A stretch of 64,000 bases of DNA from Octopus vulgaris (GCA_951406725.2 OX597814.1:178932001-178996000); one strand, 5' to 3'; shown: positions 1 to 13,133, counted from the first letter of the stretch. Made by a program: numbers and translations. Notes: a model not told the origin generated them from the letters alone.

Positions 1-32
1 TCAGGGGCATTACTTATTGAACGCTCCTCGTA
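1..32. mobile_element. Terminal inverted repeat of a mariner-type DNA transposon running off the left edge
   Basis: Reverse complement reads TA-CGAGGAGCGTTCAATAAGTAATGCCCCTGA, a typical mariner terminus next to a TA target site. Confidence 0.6.
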
Positions 33-766
33 TTACTGATAACATATTGTGAGCCAGTCATATTTGTTAAACTACGTCACTTTTATCACGCAGTATCTGC
101 AGAGGTATGCTCCAGCAGACGAATTATAAATTATCGTATTAATTAGAACATTATATTTATATTAATTTCTTGATGAGGAATCCACTTTAGCCAATTTCTG
201 TAACATAATTCCATAATAAATTCATTAGCACAGTACGTTATAAAATGAGAATTTGTACGAATCAATTATGAAGAACTAAATATTATTCATTACATTATTT
301 TCAAGTACTTCTCAGACACATTTTGTTATTAAACGTAATGTAGTGATACATTTTTATAAGAGAAAAGTTTTCGACTAAGGTAAAATAAGGTTTTTGAATA
401 ATTAAAAGGGAAGCAATCATATAATTGTATCTGGTTTGTATATTCTGGAAATGTCACCAATGTTGAAGTTACTATCACGAAGTTTTGAAGTTACTATCAT
501 TTGAGTAAATTATTTAGAAATATAAATGTCTCATTCATCGAATAGATTTGTTTCATAAAATACGGATTATTTAGAAATTTATTTAGGAGTGTCTTGCTGA
601 TCCCGGTCAAAATCATATTTGCTGTTGTTCTTTAACGTACAAACAATAATACATAAAAGAGAATGTGAGAGGAAAAACATGTGACATACAAGAACCCCAC
701 TTTTTGAGAAAAATTGTCAATGAAGAGAAAAGAATTTCAAGCCGAATATATTCTGGGATTTAATAA

Positions 767-892
767 TTTCAATTTCAACATATATTTATATACATCTCGG
801 CTTAAATAAATTTTACTGTGTTCCTCTAATTATCCCGACGATAGGCATGTAAGCAGTGATGACCTATGAATCTGAATTTTGCTTCTGAAGAA
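767..892 (-). pseudogene. Copy 1 of a ~130 bp direct repeat; degenerate terminal-exon-like segment of the putative RPTP pseudogene
   Basis: Near-identical to 1384-1513 (shared ttcctctaattatcccgacgataggcatgtaagcagtg); minus strand has tttcttcag then FRFIGHHCLHAY. Confidence 0.4.
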
Positions 893-1383
893 ATAAGAGA
901 GCAGTCTACAATTATATTGTTTTTTTTAATGTATAACATTCGTCGAAGATATATTTTGTTAAGGTCGAACGCTCGTATTAATATTTGGTGAGATATTTTC
1001 ATTCGTTTTTCACTATCAGATTGTATAACGAGTAATTACGTGAAAGTGATATAATCTTAGAACAGTGAATAAAAGGACTTATATGAATTATGCTCACAAC
1101 AAATTCAATTAGGAATATCAAGTGGAAATCTGAACCACCATCTGTTATTTATTTAAATTATATACAGAGTATCTCAGATTGCAGTACTACAGTTGGAAAT
1201 TACAGGATTTCCGTAACTGTACTAATTCTCTAATTTGAAAATATAGGAATTTTCAGGAAGTCTACTTGTCAATTATGGGTAAGGCCCTCTTCATATCAAG
1301 TCTCGTCAACCACATTTCCTTAATATCTAATCAAAGCTGTCAGAAAACATATATTTCTAACATTAAATACATTAACATATTCC

Positions 1384-1513
1384 TTTCAATTTCAAAATTT
1401 ATTTATATACATCTCTGCTGAAATAGATTTTACTCAGTATTCCTCTAATTATCCCGACGATAGGCATGTAAGCAGTGGTGACCTATGAATTTGAAGTTTG
1501 CTACTGAAGAAAA
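1384..1513 (-). pseudogene. Copy 2 of the ~130 bp direct repeat; degenerate terminal-exon-like segment
   Basis: Minus strand ttttcttcag acceptor then ANFKFIGHHCLHAY, resembling the PTP C-terminal QYxFxYxxxLxY helix. Confidence 0.4.
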
Positions 1514-1944
1514 TTGAAGTTAAACACCACTTCAAGTAGAAAAATATAAATTGATTATTTTTAATGGTTACACATCAAAGAATAATTTCAGGCATCCCTA
1601 ATAAATCTTAGATTAACATACATGGAAAACAGAGGTTGGGTGTTACATTTAATGTTTAGTTTTAATTACTGCAGATTAATAATTAAAAGAAAAGTGAAAA
1701 CTTTTTTACTAAATTCGAGAGATTGATGTTGTTTGAGCAAAAAACTTTGAAAAAGTGCTTCATGGAATATAGCTGTTGTAGGACATTAGGAGTAACTGCA
1801 AATAGAGTTAAGGAAATTAGCGTCATCAGCAAATGCAGGGGCGAAAGTAATATTGCTTATATTGATGATGACGTATTGTCTTTAGAAAAAGGTATTCTAA
1901 ATATATTTAGTGAAATACTGTAGAGAGAGAGAGAGAGAGAGAAT

Positions 1945-2760
1945 GAGAGGGCGAGTGCGATAGGTAAATTATCACCATTCCGATTCCATATTTTCAATTT
2001 CAGCCATGTACATTGTTTGATTTTCACTTTGTTGTCTACACAGTATAGTAGCGGCAGTAGGGCTCCGTCTCTGAGAAAAGCAGCACAATGACACAATTCC
2101 TTCTGACGGAAATTTGGAAACGACATGCCGTACTGCTTGGCATTTGCGCTAGAAGCTCCAATGCGAACATTTAAGACTCTTTGAGTGTCAATCTCAGGAT
2201 AGTGCAACATGAGGACATGTACCGAGAGAGATATAAATCAAACATCCACTCAACATCATGGTATCTGGAGTGATCACGGTTGATGGCCACTTTATGCCTC
2301 CATTCATCTTTCCACGTAGCCTCTGAATCAACCCAAAGGCCTACATCAAGTGCCTGGAGGTGATAGTGCTGTCCTGAGTCACAAGGCAGGCTGCTGTAAG
2401 ACCCGATGTCTGGCAACAGGACTCTACACCATGCCACGCAAGTAGACTATCAGACATTTTCTGCAACAACACCACCCCGAACATCTGGCCCCCTAACTCC
2501 CCACACTGCAACAACCTCATTGATTATTATGAGTGGAGCGCAGTTGAGCGAGAGACCAAGAAAACTACTTGTGGCACCAAAGATGAATTGAAGGCAAACA
2601 TTATGGCAGCATTCACCAACTTAAGCAATGAGACCGTCCAAAAGGGTTGCAAGAGATTCCGAAGTCGTCTAGGGACCTTGGTTGAAGCCAGTGTCGATTT
2701 TACTGCATAAATTTCTGTTTAGTATTTCAAGATATTTTTATGTAATTTTCGTATATATAT
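1945..2760 (+). mobile_element. Internally deleted, decayed DD37D/maT (Tc1/mariner superfamily) transposon
   Basis: Translates across stops/frameshifts to KHPLNIMVSGVITVDGHFMPPFIF, VWQQDSTPCH and WPPNSPHCN..DYYEWSAVERET; collinear with 59693-60490. Confidence 0.85.
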
Positions 2761-2809
2761 ATCTGTTAAAACGAGACATTTTATTCAGCGCATATATAAT
2801 GTGTATTTC

Positions 2810-2854
2810 ATGTGTATGTATATATATGTATGTACATGTATATATATATACATG

Positions 2855-2923
<69 letters not shown>

Positions 2924-2982
2924 TTGTGTGTATGTCTGTGTCTGTGTGTGTATATATATATATATTTATACATGTGTGTGTG
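2810..2982. repeat. Compound (TA)n/(TG)n microsatellite
   Basis: Direct inspection. Confidence 0.95.
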
Positions 2983-3744
2983 CAATTCAGATATTGCATG
3001 TCATAAACCATTGTATCTTAGGAATGAATTGAACATTTATTGACATAGAATGTGTTTTATTAAAAGGAGATTATCAATACACTTGACACTTAAGTGCTTA
3101 GAACCAACATTTTATTTCGATCTTTGATGTTTTTGAAGAGTCGTTAGGTAAGGAAAAGATAGCTTTAAGGGAAACAAAATTTCTGTTCACTTATTTTTAA
3201 TAAAACCCTAGACAAATGTGTGACTATAATTTCTGGCAAATACACGAATCTTTTGGGAGGTAGTGCCTTCAAACGCTACAAAATGGATTTCATGAACAAA
3301 TAAGCATAAAATAAAATGTTTCATATTTCTACGCATCTACTTTTATATATAGGACATTGAAGGACATGTATGAGTATATGACGGAATATCTCAAATCTTC
3401 GGTTGCTGATGCTAGGCTTAATTATCTGCAAGTTTATACCTATGGGTTAGCTATCATTTATGAGTGGGGCCTCTGCGTGTCGTGTAATCTTTGAGTGCAT
3501 ACGTAATATGTGGTTTGGGGATGAACATATAATATATTCAGACTTGGACGCTAACGCGTGCGTACACACGTGCTCTCTCATACATATATGTATGTATGCA
3601 AGCATATACCTACATCTATCTACCTATATATAATTTATAATCGCGGCACTTTAGTCTATACAATTTATATATGTACTCATCTTTTTTAGTTCTATTTTCC
3701 TATTTGCATCGCCAAACTTATATATATTCAGTTATTCTTGAATT

Positions 3745-3934
3745 TGTTTCAATCATTTGACTGCGGCCACGCTGAAGCACTGCATTTAGTCGAACAAATC
3801 GAACATAGGCTGTATTCTTTGTAAGCCCAGTACTGATTCTATCGGTTTGTTTTCCGAAACGCTAACTGTCACGAGGACGTGAGCGCACCAGAATCGGTTG
3901 TCAAGTATGGTGAAGGAAACACAGATATGCAAAT

Positions 3935-3982
<48 letters not shown>

Positions 3983-4010
3983 GCATAAAAGTCAAACGAT
4001 GAGATTGGGT
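3745..4010 (-). mobile_element. SINE family A, 3' half with internal (TA)n
   Basis: Matches 15595-15850 (catttgactgcggcc...tttagtcga...tattctttgtaagcccagtact). Confidence 0.85.
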
Positions 4011-4204
4011 GCTCAACACCCCATTGGTATATAAATCTTTTTATTTCTGTATTAAGGCTGTCATTGGTTTTATGTCAAGAAACTATGCTAATATCTTAAC
4101 AGTTCTCTTTTAGGGGACCGAAGGCCCCGATACGTTTCAGGATATTACAAAATATCGTAAGTAAAACTTATTTGGACGTTTTTACTCCAGGTAAAGCATA
4201 ATCT

Positions 4205-4340
4205 CTGGACATGATCCCCGACCGCATTGTGCTGCCAAATGGAACGCAAATTCAGGTCCTGGTGGAAGGCAGAAAACTGAGATTCCATAGTTGCGGGTCC
4301 AAGTTGCATCTAAAATCATCTGTCCACCGCTGCCCACCTA
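4205..4340 (+). mobile_element. Non-LTR retrotransposon ORF1 fragment with a decayed zinc knuckle
   Basis: IPDRIVLPNGTQIQVLVEGRKLRFHSCGSKLHLK resembles the VEGRxPxCxxCGxxGHxK knuckle of LINE ORF1 proteins. Confidence 0.55.
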
Positions 4341-4741
4341 TATCAGGAAGAGGCTATCACTATCATGCTTTTTCGCTTCTTTCATTTTACTCATGAATAT
4401 ATACTATGCATTCATTACTGCTTAGTTTTATTGTATTCTGTGTATACTTTATACGTATGTGTGTGGATATGTGTGTGTGCGTGTGTGTTCAGTCAATTAT
4501 TTTGTGATAAATATTTTGATGACACTGTCTGGTTCGCGATGGTAAAATTTTTGTTCAATTATATTCCCTTTGACCTGTTGTATCTCCATGATATTTATTT
4601 TGCAGTTTTGTGAAAGCAAAGATTTCGTATTATTTTCCAATTTTAAAAAAATTGCCTGAACACGACAAAATAAAGGATGCGGACTGTATTAGAGAACAGA
4701 TATATTGTTAAAAGAAACACTTATATAATAACAGAAAAAAA

Positions 4742-5830
4742 CTGTACTTTGAAAAAATAACAATCATAAAGCTAAATTATCACTTTAAAAATTTCATTCA
4801 ATAAAACCAACGTTAGCATCAATAACTGCCTCTACGCGGGGCCGTAATCGTGTACAAGCTCGGATTAAGTGGTCCTTCTTCATGTTGGACATGACTCGAA
4901 CTATGGGGGCTTTCAAAGAATCGTTGGTGCTATGGGGGTGTTCATTGACATTTTTGTGAACCGTGCTCTATACATAGTTGTCCGGGTGACTGAAATTTAG
5001 AGATCCATTCCTATATCATTTGAGCATTGTGCGATATTGCAGAATTGTGTTGACAAACATAAGGACATCCATTGCATACACTGTGGATCTAAGGCTTAAC
5101 AAATTCATCCAGAACCTCAATATACGCTGCAGCATTCACTCTAAGGCTATGTGGAAAAAAGTGAGGAGGCATCACATGTCCTTCATTACTAACAACACCG
5201 AAAATCATGACAACTGCAGAAAATTTTGTGTGCATTACTTTTGGAACCTCAGAAGGGTCTGCACATAGCCATCTGTCTTTTCTTCTGTTAATTTTCCGGT
5301 TCTGGTCAAAGTTCTTTTCTCATCTCAGAAAAACAGTATAATACCATCTTCTGAGAGATTTTTAAAGTTTGTTCAAAAGTCTTTTGGATATGATTAAACT
5401 GTTTTGACCTCTCGTATTCACATAAGATTTGTATCTGATGTCTTCATGCACAACATTTCTGATTGCTTTTTCTAACACACGAAATATTTTTGCAATTGGC
5501 TTCATTGAATTCCTTGGTTTGTCTTCAACGTTTTGCTTAACATCCTGAATAAATTCGGGTATCCTGATAGAATCAGAGCGCTTGAAATTTCTTTTACGTT
5601 TTGATTCAGGTAATATGCTTCCATCGTCTTTCTCGACTTCACGCCGAATGTTGCGGACTAAACATTTTGTAACTTTCACCATGCTTAGCCTCCAAAGCCA
5701 CAATCACAGCATACCTTTTCAGTTCACTAGGAAGCATAAGGCCTGTCATTGTTATTTTCTGAAATAGAAGTTCAATAAAAATTAGTCAAATAGAATAATA
5801 ACTAAAACGCTTGTGTTCTCAAATACAGTC
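4742..5830 (-). mobile_element. Decayed DD37D/maT transposon (HTH region through C-terminus)
   Basis: ORF 5362-5703 KRSDSIRIPEFIQDVKQNVEDKPRNSMKPIAK..IRNVVHEDIRYKSY is the maT HTH; C-terminal LIRACTRLRPRVEAVIDANVGFIE near 4800-4870. Confidence 0.85.
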
Positions 5831-6116
5831 CGCACCATGTAGTAATACTTGAATGGGAAAAGCGTTCTCTCGAGCTGGTTTTGAATCGTAATGTAACCAT
5901 GACCACGTAACATTATGTGAAAGGCGAAGGAGTTGCTAAAATAAATGTGTCGAAATCAAAGTAACAGAATTTCATCTCGTAGCTATGGCGACAGCAGCAC
6001 TTGCAAAAATACGAGCAGCAGCAATGGCAGTGACAAAAATGTAATGACAATGTCTACAGTAGCAACAGAAACAGCAATGACGACCAGAGCATCAGCAATA
6101 CAACAGCAACTACGGC

Positions 6117-6310
6117 GGAGGAGCAATGGCACAGTGGTTAAGGCAGCGGACTCACGGTCGTAGGAACACGGTTTCGATTCTCAGACCGGGCGTTGTGAGC
6201 GTTTGTTGAGCATAAACACCTAAGCTCCACGAGGCTCCGGTGTGGAGGGGGTGAACCCCGCCGTACTCTTTCACCACAACTTTCTCTCACTCTTTCTTCC
6301 TACTTCTGCC
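6117..6310 (+). mobile_element. tRNA-derived SINE family B (5' part)
   Basis: A box TGGCACAGTGG and B box GTTTCGATTC; body matches 18850-19228 and 56639-57022. Confidence 0.85.
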
Positions 6311-6591
6311 ACAAAGCAGAGGAACCATGGTGTAACTCACTATGGTGTGGTAAACTTTCAGACCCTGGTCTGGATTGCGAATCCTCTGTAGCCCAGGATG
6401 GTTCAGCTCTCCACCCGTTAAAAGCCTCCGTTTACGGAATGAGGATAACAACGTAGCTTTCGCGCTCGTGCAACCGCCAGTCTATCGCGTGTGGTGAGAG
6501 GATCTTCAGTTTGCCACACGCATTCTTAGTAGCTTAGGTTAGGCTCGAATTAGAGATTATTCTTTGTGGCTAATGGTGTGAGCCCTGATTG

Positions 6592-6700
6592 GAAGAAGAA
6601 GAAGAAGAAGAAGAAGAAGAAGAAGAAGAAGAAGAAGAAGAAGAAGAAGAAGAAGAAGAAGAAGAAGAAGAAGAAGAAGAAGAAGAAGAAGAAGAAGAAG
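6592..6700. repeat. (GAA)n microsatellite
   Basis: Pure GAA run that produces the poly-E/poly-F ORFs. Confidence 0.98.
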
Positions 6701-7294
6701 ACAGCAACTACGTGAACAACACCAACGACAACACCAGCGGCAGTAACATAAAGAGTCTCAACAGCAACTATAACAACATAATAAATCACAAAGCGGTCTT
6801 TTTTTTATGGCAGTTAGCTAGTGGACCGTGCATTCGGTGCAAGATCTGAAAGGTCGAAAGAGTACCAAACAGATATTGCAAGACCAGGTTTTATATGTCT
6901 TGGTGAGGAGGAAAAAAATTAACTCTGAAAAAATGCCGCCTAATTGTGTGTCCCTCAGTGCTATTGATAATATAAAGGAAAACAATACAGGATGATAGGT
7001 GTTATATGCGTCAGCGAGCAAGAAGCCAAAAGAATAGCAACAATTACGCGTGCGTTCCAGATCTTCATATGATACACATTTGACTTAAATTTGAGAGTGT
7101 AACTGCCGTTCCATTAGGATCCTGCAAGGGTCTTAGTCATTCTGGAGGAGCATAGGGAGATAGTGGAAGTGAAGTGCACCTCACAACTCACTAGGAATGG
7201 AATTCTTATAAAATTTCAGATACTAGTTTCTGGAAGAAATCAATCACATCCGCGATCTTTTTCTGTTTCGTGTAATGAGAGCAGATATGTGTGT

Positions 7295-7382
7295 GTATGT
7301 ATGTATGTATGTATGTATGTATGTATGTATGTATGTATGTATGTATGTATGTATGTATGTATGTATATATGTATGTATGTGT
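7295..7382. repeat. (TATG)n microsatellite
   Basis: Direct inspection. Confidence 0.95.
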
Positions 7383-7424
7383 GTGTATGTATTTGCAATT
7401 TAATCTATACATATATATATATAT

Positions 7425-7610
7425 AAGGCAAGCTGGCAGAATCCTTAACACAACGGAGGAAATACTCAGCATTTCGTCCGTCTTTATATTCTGCGGTCAA
7501 ATTCCCTGGTGTTGACTTTACCTTTCATCCTTTCGGGGTCGATAAATTAAGTAGTAGCTGCGTGCTGGTGTCGATTAAATCGAATTAGCCAATCCCCCCA
7601 ACTTCCAGAC
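7425..7610 (+). mobile_element. tRNA-derived SINE family C (Nin-domain-like core)
   Basis: ggcaagctggcagaa head and gactttacctttcatcctttcggggtcgataaattaagta core, as in 26303-26535. Confidence 0.8.
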
Positions 7611-7634
7611 AGCTTTGTAACAAATTGATATATA

Positions 7635-7850
7635 TAATGACAATTTGTGACCGCGTGTGTATTGGTGACGATTTTTTTTCTCCGTCTTCCCTTCCTTGGA
7701 CCTTTCCTTTTTCTATGTTTCTGACGAAGCGCTCCGCTCGAAACGTTAGATCCTCGTTCTTTCTTTCCTTTCCTGAGCGTCCAATAACACTATACTTGTT
7801 CCACGTCCTCGCGTTGTTGTATTTTCTCTTTGTTCATGTTTGGATTAAAT
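7635..7850 (+). mobile_element. Solo PLE terminal repeat (pLTR) fragment ending in (TA)n
   Basis: Pyrimidine-rich unit containing a hammerhead core, with TA repeats on both sides. Confidence 0.6.
7717..7751 (+). ncRNA. Minimal hammerhead ribozyme motif (weak stem I)
   Basis: gttt-CTGACGA-agcg.ctc.cgct-c-GAAA-CG-TT-agat; stem III palindrome ACGT. Confidence 0.55.
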
Positions 7851-9139
7851 ATATATATATATACAGAGTGAGAAAGTGATAGACTACACCCGTTTCCATG
7901 GAGCAGAATACAGTAATAGAATATATACGAATTGAACATAGTTACAATGACATAGCGGCTTATTTGACTCCGGAACCATTCTAATAAGGAGAATACCAAG
8001 GGTGAAATGAGTATTACATCATATTTGGTCAGGTACTGTAAAAATGTCTTTCATTTCGCGCCTTAAAGAAGAAAGGCATAATCCTCATAAGTGAACCAAA
8101 AATGAATCAGTTACCATTCGGTAATCGTATCGCAAATGCAGATTACTGAAGAGATTATACATGTCATGCTTTGCAGTATTAGTATGATGTAACGTAGGAT
8201 TGTTTTTAAAGCTAATCTGTTTCACAGTAATGTCATGTTCAACACTTAAGCGATGACGTTATGCCTGTTTCATGAATAGTAAATACATGCAATCTAATAT
8301 GGGAACGTGATTCAATCATATCGCTGTTCGAAAGCGTAAGTTTCCCTTCAAAATTATCAGGATGATAGTTTTTAATAAAGAATAAGAAATTGATAGTATT
8401 CTAAAATTGTCAGTACTAATAAAGCCAGTTACATTTACTTTGCTTTTATTGACGAGTCGGGCTGAGGCTAATTCATTTTATTACATGTATCGGTTAACTC
8501 TATAATAGGTTCAAGTGAGATGACTGATAAAAATCTAATATATGTAACTTTATATAACGTGCATAGTGATATTTCCATGCTGCTCGAACATGCATAAATG
8601 TAAAAGAGGTGGGGCAGAGACAAAGAGAGAGAAATGTATGCGTGTATGTTTATGTACTGTGTATCGCATGCACGCACAGGCACACGCATGCGAGCCCGCG
8701 TGTGTGAGTGTGAGTATTTAGTTTGCAAGACACTCGATGTGAATTCATGCGTTGAAACAAATGCTGTTGTATCTAGGGGAGGGTCATTATGACAACCATA
8801 AAACTAACTACACCACGCAAGCACGTGTAAACACGCACATGCACGCACCGCAATGCATGTTAAGCACATAAGAAAGCACACTGGTACAGTTACAGGCATA
8901 CACTACCATACATGTAAGCATTTAAGCGAATATACACATATACATAGCACTTACATACTCTTCCTTTAGTCTCTCCCTTCACTACGCATACGCATCTCTC
9001 CATTCTTACATGTAAATAGACATAAGACTAATTCTTGGACAGACTCAGAAGAAACCTGGGGAGAGAGGATTTGTTTTGATGCGGTCACGAATAGCGATGA
9101 AAGGACTTCCACATACCAATAATTTGTAAAATGCACAAG

Positions 9140-9320
9140 TACACATAATTACTTTTCATCCGCAGGTAACCAAACTGTCTGGGAAAACTGGTACTCTTTC
9201 ACGTGACATGGTCATCATCCCAATCGACTCTCTTTCTACTAGGAAATGTTTATGTCTATAGAGTACCACTGAGACATCACTAGGGCAAATATGTCCCTTA
9301 TTGTGATATTACTAATGTTT
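9140..9320 (-). pseudogene. Copy 1 of a ~170 bp direct repeat; degenerate PTP D2-like segment
   Basis: Homologous to 10058-10215 (shared actctttcacgtgacat..tcatcccaatcgactctcttt). Confidence 0.35.
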
Positions 9321-9479
9321 GAAATTAAAGGAACGATTAATTAGCCGCTGAGACTAACAATGGATGTTTGGGCTAAATTTGACAGTTTGTATTAAAGAAA
9401 AACTACAATATGCCATCAACTATAACTGTATTTTCAAAAATTCAAGGAATATCAACCAGATTATGTCTGGAAGGTAACA

Positions 9480-9865
9480 CTTGACTCAAAGTACCCGCCC
9501 TCACGTTCCACTAGAGTAACAAGGCTGCGCCATAACCTGGCGCATGCGTTCCTCACTTTGTCCTTGGGGAGATCGCTAACTCCTCTTTGATCTTGAACAT
9601 CAACTCAGCCTTGGTGTTCCAGTCAGTTAGATGGGTGTCTTTCTCAACCCGGCCCACACAATGATCCATAGGATTACAAACAAGGGAATTAGCAGGCCAC
9701 AAAGTGATGCTGGTGAAGACGTAGAAGTTCTCCAACAGCCACTTCTGCCACTTTCCAGAGGTATGGCAAGGAGCAGAATCCTGGTTTCATACATATATCC
9801 TTTCCACCGGAACCCTCTCCAGCCAATAGTCTACCACAGTCCACAGCAGTTCCGCTTCTCCCCAA
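9480..9865 (-). mobile_element. DD37D/maT transposase C-terminal remnant
   Basis: LWPANSLVCNPMDHCVGRVEKDT..NTKAELMFKIKE matches the WPPNSPDCNPLDY motif region. Confidence 0.8.
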
Positions 9866-10057
9866 ACTATTGTAATAGACATGTATAGATAGAAGAGTGC
9901 TTGTTTCTCTGACTGAGGTAAAATATCCTTTCTAAACACAACACAACCAGACATTACGATAGCGTATTCAATGCAAACATTTTCCCATGAAGGTACCCAA
10001 TAGTTCATATATAAATGGTAGCTAAAATTTACCACTAATTTCTAAAATACACAATTA

Positions 10058-10290
10058 CACACAATTACTCTTCATCCGCTGTTGCCCACACATTCCTGGC
10101 AAACATACACTCTTTCACGTGACATAGTCTTCATCCCAATCGACTCTCTTTTCTTTGGAAGTTCCCATGTCTATAGACTCCACCTGAGACATCACTGTGA
10201 TATTACGAATGTTGTTGCTTGGTAAATTGTTTTGCTAGTATATAAAAGGAAATATATCAGCTCTTTTCATGTAGTTTCTACTAATATTAT
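10058..10290 (-). pseudogene. Copy 2 of the repeat; degenerate PTP D2-like segment
   Basis: Minus strand IRNITVMSQ...RVDWDEDYVT and, in a shifted frame, VYVCQECVGNSG resembling the VHCxxGxGRSG P-loop. Confidence 0.35.
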
Positions 10291-10817
10291 TGCCCACATT
10301 TTCTGTGTCAGTGTTAATAATAATAAAGTCCATAGAAGAAATGTGTTTATTTCGTCTGGTGAATTATGTGAGTATGTTTTATACTGTTCATTTACATTTT
10401 ATGTTTTTATTTCATCTTTTGCAAAGCGTGTTTGCTTCAATACCTCCTTGGGAGGGCGTTCCTGCTTGTAGTTGTTCTTGACGCCATTGTTTAAGTTCTT
10501 CGAACAGAAATCCCAAAATGTCAAACTAATAAAAAAATATGTTTCTCTTTCATACTAAAATAATCTTTACTTGTGTGAAATCCTTTCCATAGTATTTCAA
10601 CGAAGCTGGGAATAATTCTCTTTGAACTTGCAAAATATCCGAATATTTGAAACTATCAGAAGCTACTGAATTCGCCACTCGACATCAGCCACAACAACAA
10701 CAATAACAATAACAATAATTATTTGGTAAGGATGAAGAACTAAGGATTTCTTTGATTTGCAACGGTGATGTCGAATAAATGACACTGTACAAAGAACGGT
10801 TATAATGTGTTCGTGTC

Positions 10818-10822
<5 letters not shown>

Positions 10823-10861
<39 letters not shown>

Positions 10862-10962
10862 GTGTGTGTCTGTGTATGTGTGTGTGTTTATGTATGTATA
10901 TATGTATATATATATATATATAATATATATACATATATATATGTGTGTGTGTGTATGTATGT
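10823..10962. repeat. Compound (TA)n/(TG)n microsatellite
   Basis: Direct inspection. Confidence 0.95.
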
Positions 10963-11299
10963 CTGACTGGCAGTGTGAAGGGGCTGACCTCCCTTGTTCG
11001 AAGGTTATAATGGACACAGTTTGTGTGTCAAATAGCTATCTTAAGGCGATGGCCTCATGGAGCTAATCAGCGACAGCTTTAGTCTCATATCTATAAGATT
11101 GCCATATTAATATGGCGATAACAATTAATTTCCAGTAACGCTGCCGTAATCTCTTTTAGAGAGACTTAGTAATTTTAATATTTCTATTATATATATATAT
11201 AGGATAAATAAATCAAGTGCGATACAACAAAAATATATAGTGTATGCAAAAATTATGATATAGTACTCCTGATACAGTAAGCTCTCTAACAAGGTACAA

Positions 11300-11950
11300 T
11301 CAAGGAAAATCACATTTCTATTTTATAACGAGGAGAGATTGGTCTCTCTTGATTGTTGCAGAACTACTTTCACTTTTAACACACATCTTTCAACTATTTT
11401 GTGAAGTATCTGTCATTAATCCATCCAGTGATACTCGCTACACAAACTCTCCCTCTATGTCCATGGATGGCAAAATATTACCTTTTTTTCCAGGTTAGTA
11501 GGTGGGGATGGATGCAAACACAAGATTTGGTTGATAGCCAAGTCCATGTGACAATTGAAAACAGTTATTCAAGCTACCGTTAATCACAACTCATTTCTGA
11601 CACAGACAAATGTCGTGTTGTGTGGATAAACCACCTGATCATCCTTTATAAATAACCTGTGATTTGTCGAGAAAATTTTTGCTGATTGTTCATGTACTCC
11701 TACTAACTTCATTACATGAATACTAGAGGGTAGCGAGTTTTTGAGAACTTTCTTGGCGTCAGGGTCTCAGGTTTTGAATTTGCTTGTCATACATAGGACT
11801 ATATACTGTCAAAGTGCTGAGCTTCGGAAAGAATTGTTTTAAAAGCAATAATCACATATGTTCATCTTCCTAGCAATAACGTTGACACCACAGGCACAGA
11901 ACGTGGTTGTGAATCAAAATCCACGACATACCGAGCAGGAGATATAGATC
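11300..11950 (+). mobile_element. Old LINE ORF2 C-terminal remnant (clade uncertain)
   Basis: SPSMSMDGKILP and HLIILYK resemble post-RT LINE motifs (LLxLYKAxIRP); heavily decayed. Confidence 0.4.
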
Positions 11951-12947
11951 TTCACTATTGGAAGTGTGTTTTGGCCTTCTCGTATCAAGGAGTAGCGGAG
12001 ATCAGGTCACAAAGCACGGTGGAGATGAAATACGATAGATATCATATAGTCACTCGCTACCTCCGTTGTATGTCAGGAATAGGTTTCCCTTTAGTTGAGA
12101 GACAAGGGATGTAGACTGAGGTAAATTTAACAGATGGAGAGCACAATTCCAAACGATTAGCACATGTAGCTCTCAGATCACCGAGTAACTGGCTGACATC
12201 TAGCAACAGAAGACAAGATAGAAACCGACAGCTTGGAAAGAAGTTGCACAGTAGCAATTGTCGACACTTTTACTTGGCACACGTTTAACTGAACCCGGGA
12301 GAAGCCATTTTTCTATCCCCTCACACACCGGTCTATGGAGTAACACAGGATATTAATGATGTGGTTAATTCTCCTCGGAATTGCGCTTACTTGACCAAAA
12401 CCTAATGAACAAGTTCGAATGTCAAACAGTACTTCTCTGACACTTCGTCAATACCTTGGACATACTTATAAACTTATGGTTTAGAAGATTATACGCTAGA
12501 ATTTTTAATTATATTCTCTGTAGTTTTCTCCAGAGTAGAGCTGCCATATTCCGCTCTCAGAACTTGTAATACTCGGATTTTCCTGCCACTTGCACCAGAC
12601 ATTTCATAAAAGGTCACCGTAATAGGTTCTATTCGTGTAAATGTTCAGCATCTGCTGTACTTCAGTTGTTGCCATTGGCTTTTTACTGCACCTCATGTAC
12701 TCTGCCAAATTTCAAGGCAACCCTTCGAGCTAAGCACTAAAAATCTGTTTCCCTACACATTTGCCTTGCAAACACTCGAGGCATGAACTCCAGAAAAATA
12801 ACATATGAACAGCATACATCTGCTATTCGGTACCAAAAGCAGAACTCCACCTTTCTCCCAGTTCTATATTTAAGAGATGAGGAATTATGTACATTATTTA
12901 CATTATTTATATTCCACGGATATTTGTCCTCATCTTGTTTGTTGTTC

Positions 12948-12992
12948 ACACAACGTTTCGGCTGATATACCCCGCCAGCCTTCTTCAGGTGT
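12948..12992 (-). ncRNA. Minimal type-I hammerhead ribozyme
   Basis: acac-CTGAAGA-a-ggctg..cagcc-GAAA-CG-TT-gtgt: stems I and II pair, stem III palindrome ACGT, predicted GUU cleavage site. Confidence 0.75.
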
Positions 12993-13018
12993 CTTGTGAA
13001 AATTTTGAACCTGCCCAC

Positions 13019-13092
13019 GGGCATATGGCGTAGTTTTTAAGAGCGCGGGCTACTAACCTCAAGATTCCGAGTTCGATTCCAAGCAGTGACCT
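13019..13092 (+). promoter_or_regulatory. tRNA-derived internal Pol III promoter (A and B boxes)
   Basis: TGGCGTAGT.. A box, GG-CTACTAA-CC anticodon-like arm, GAGTTCGATTCC B box. Confidence 0.7.
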
Positions 13093-13099
13093 GAACAAT

Positions 13100-13133
<34 letters not shown>

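Noticed and set aside
4114-4156. Plus-strand micro-exon (ttttag..gtaagt)
   Set aside because: No partner exons were found; the sequence equally fits a decayed hammerhead half (gggg..cccc-GATAcgtt).
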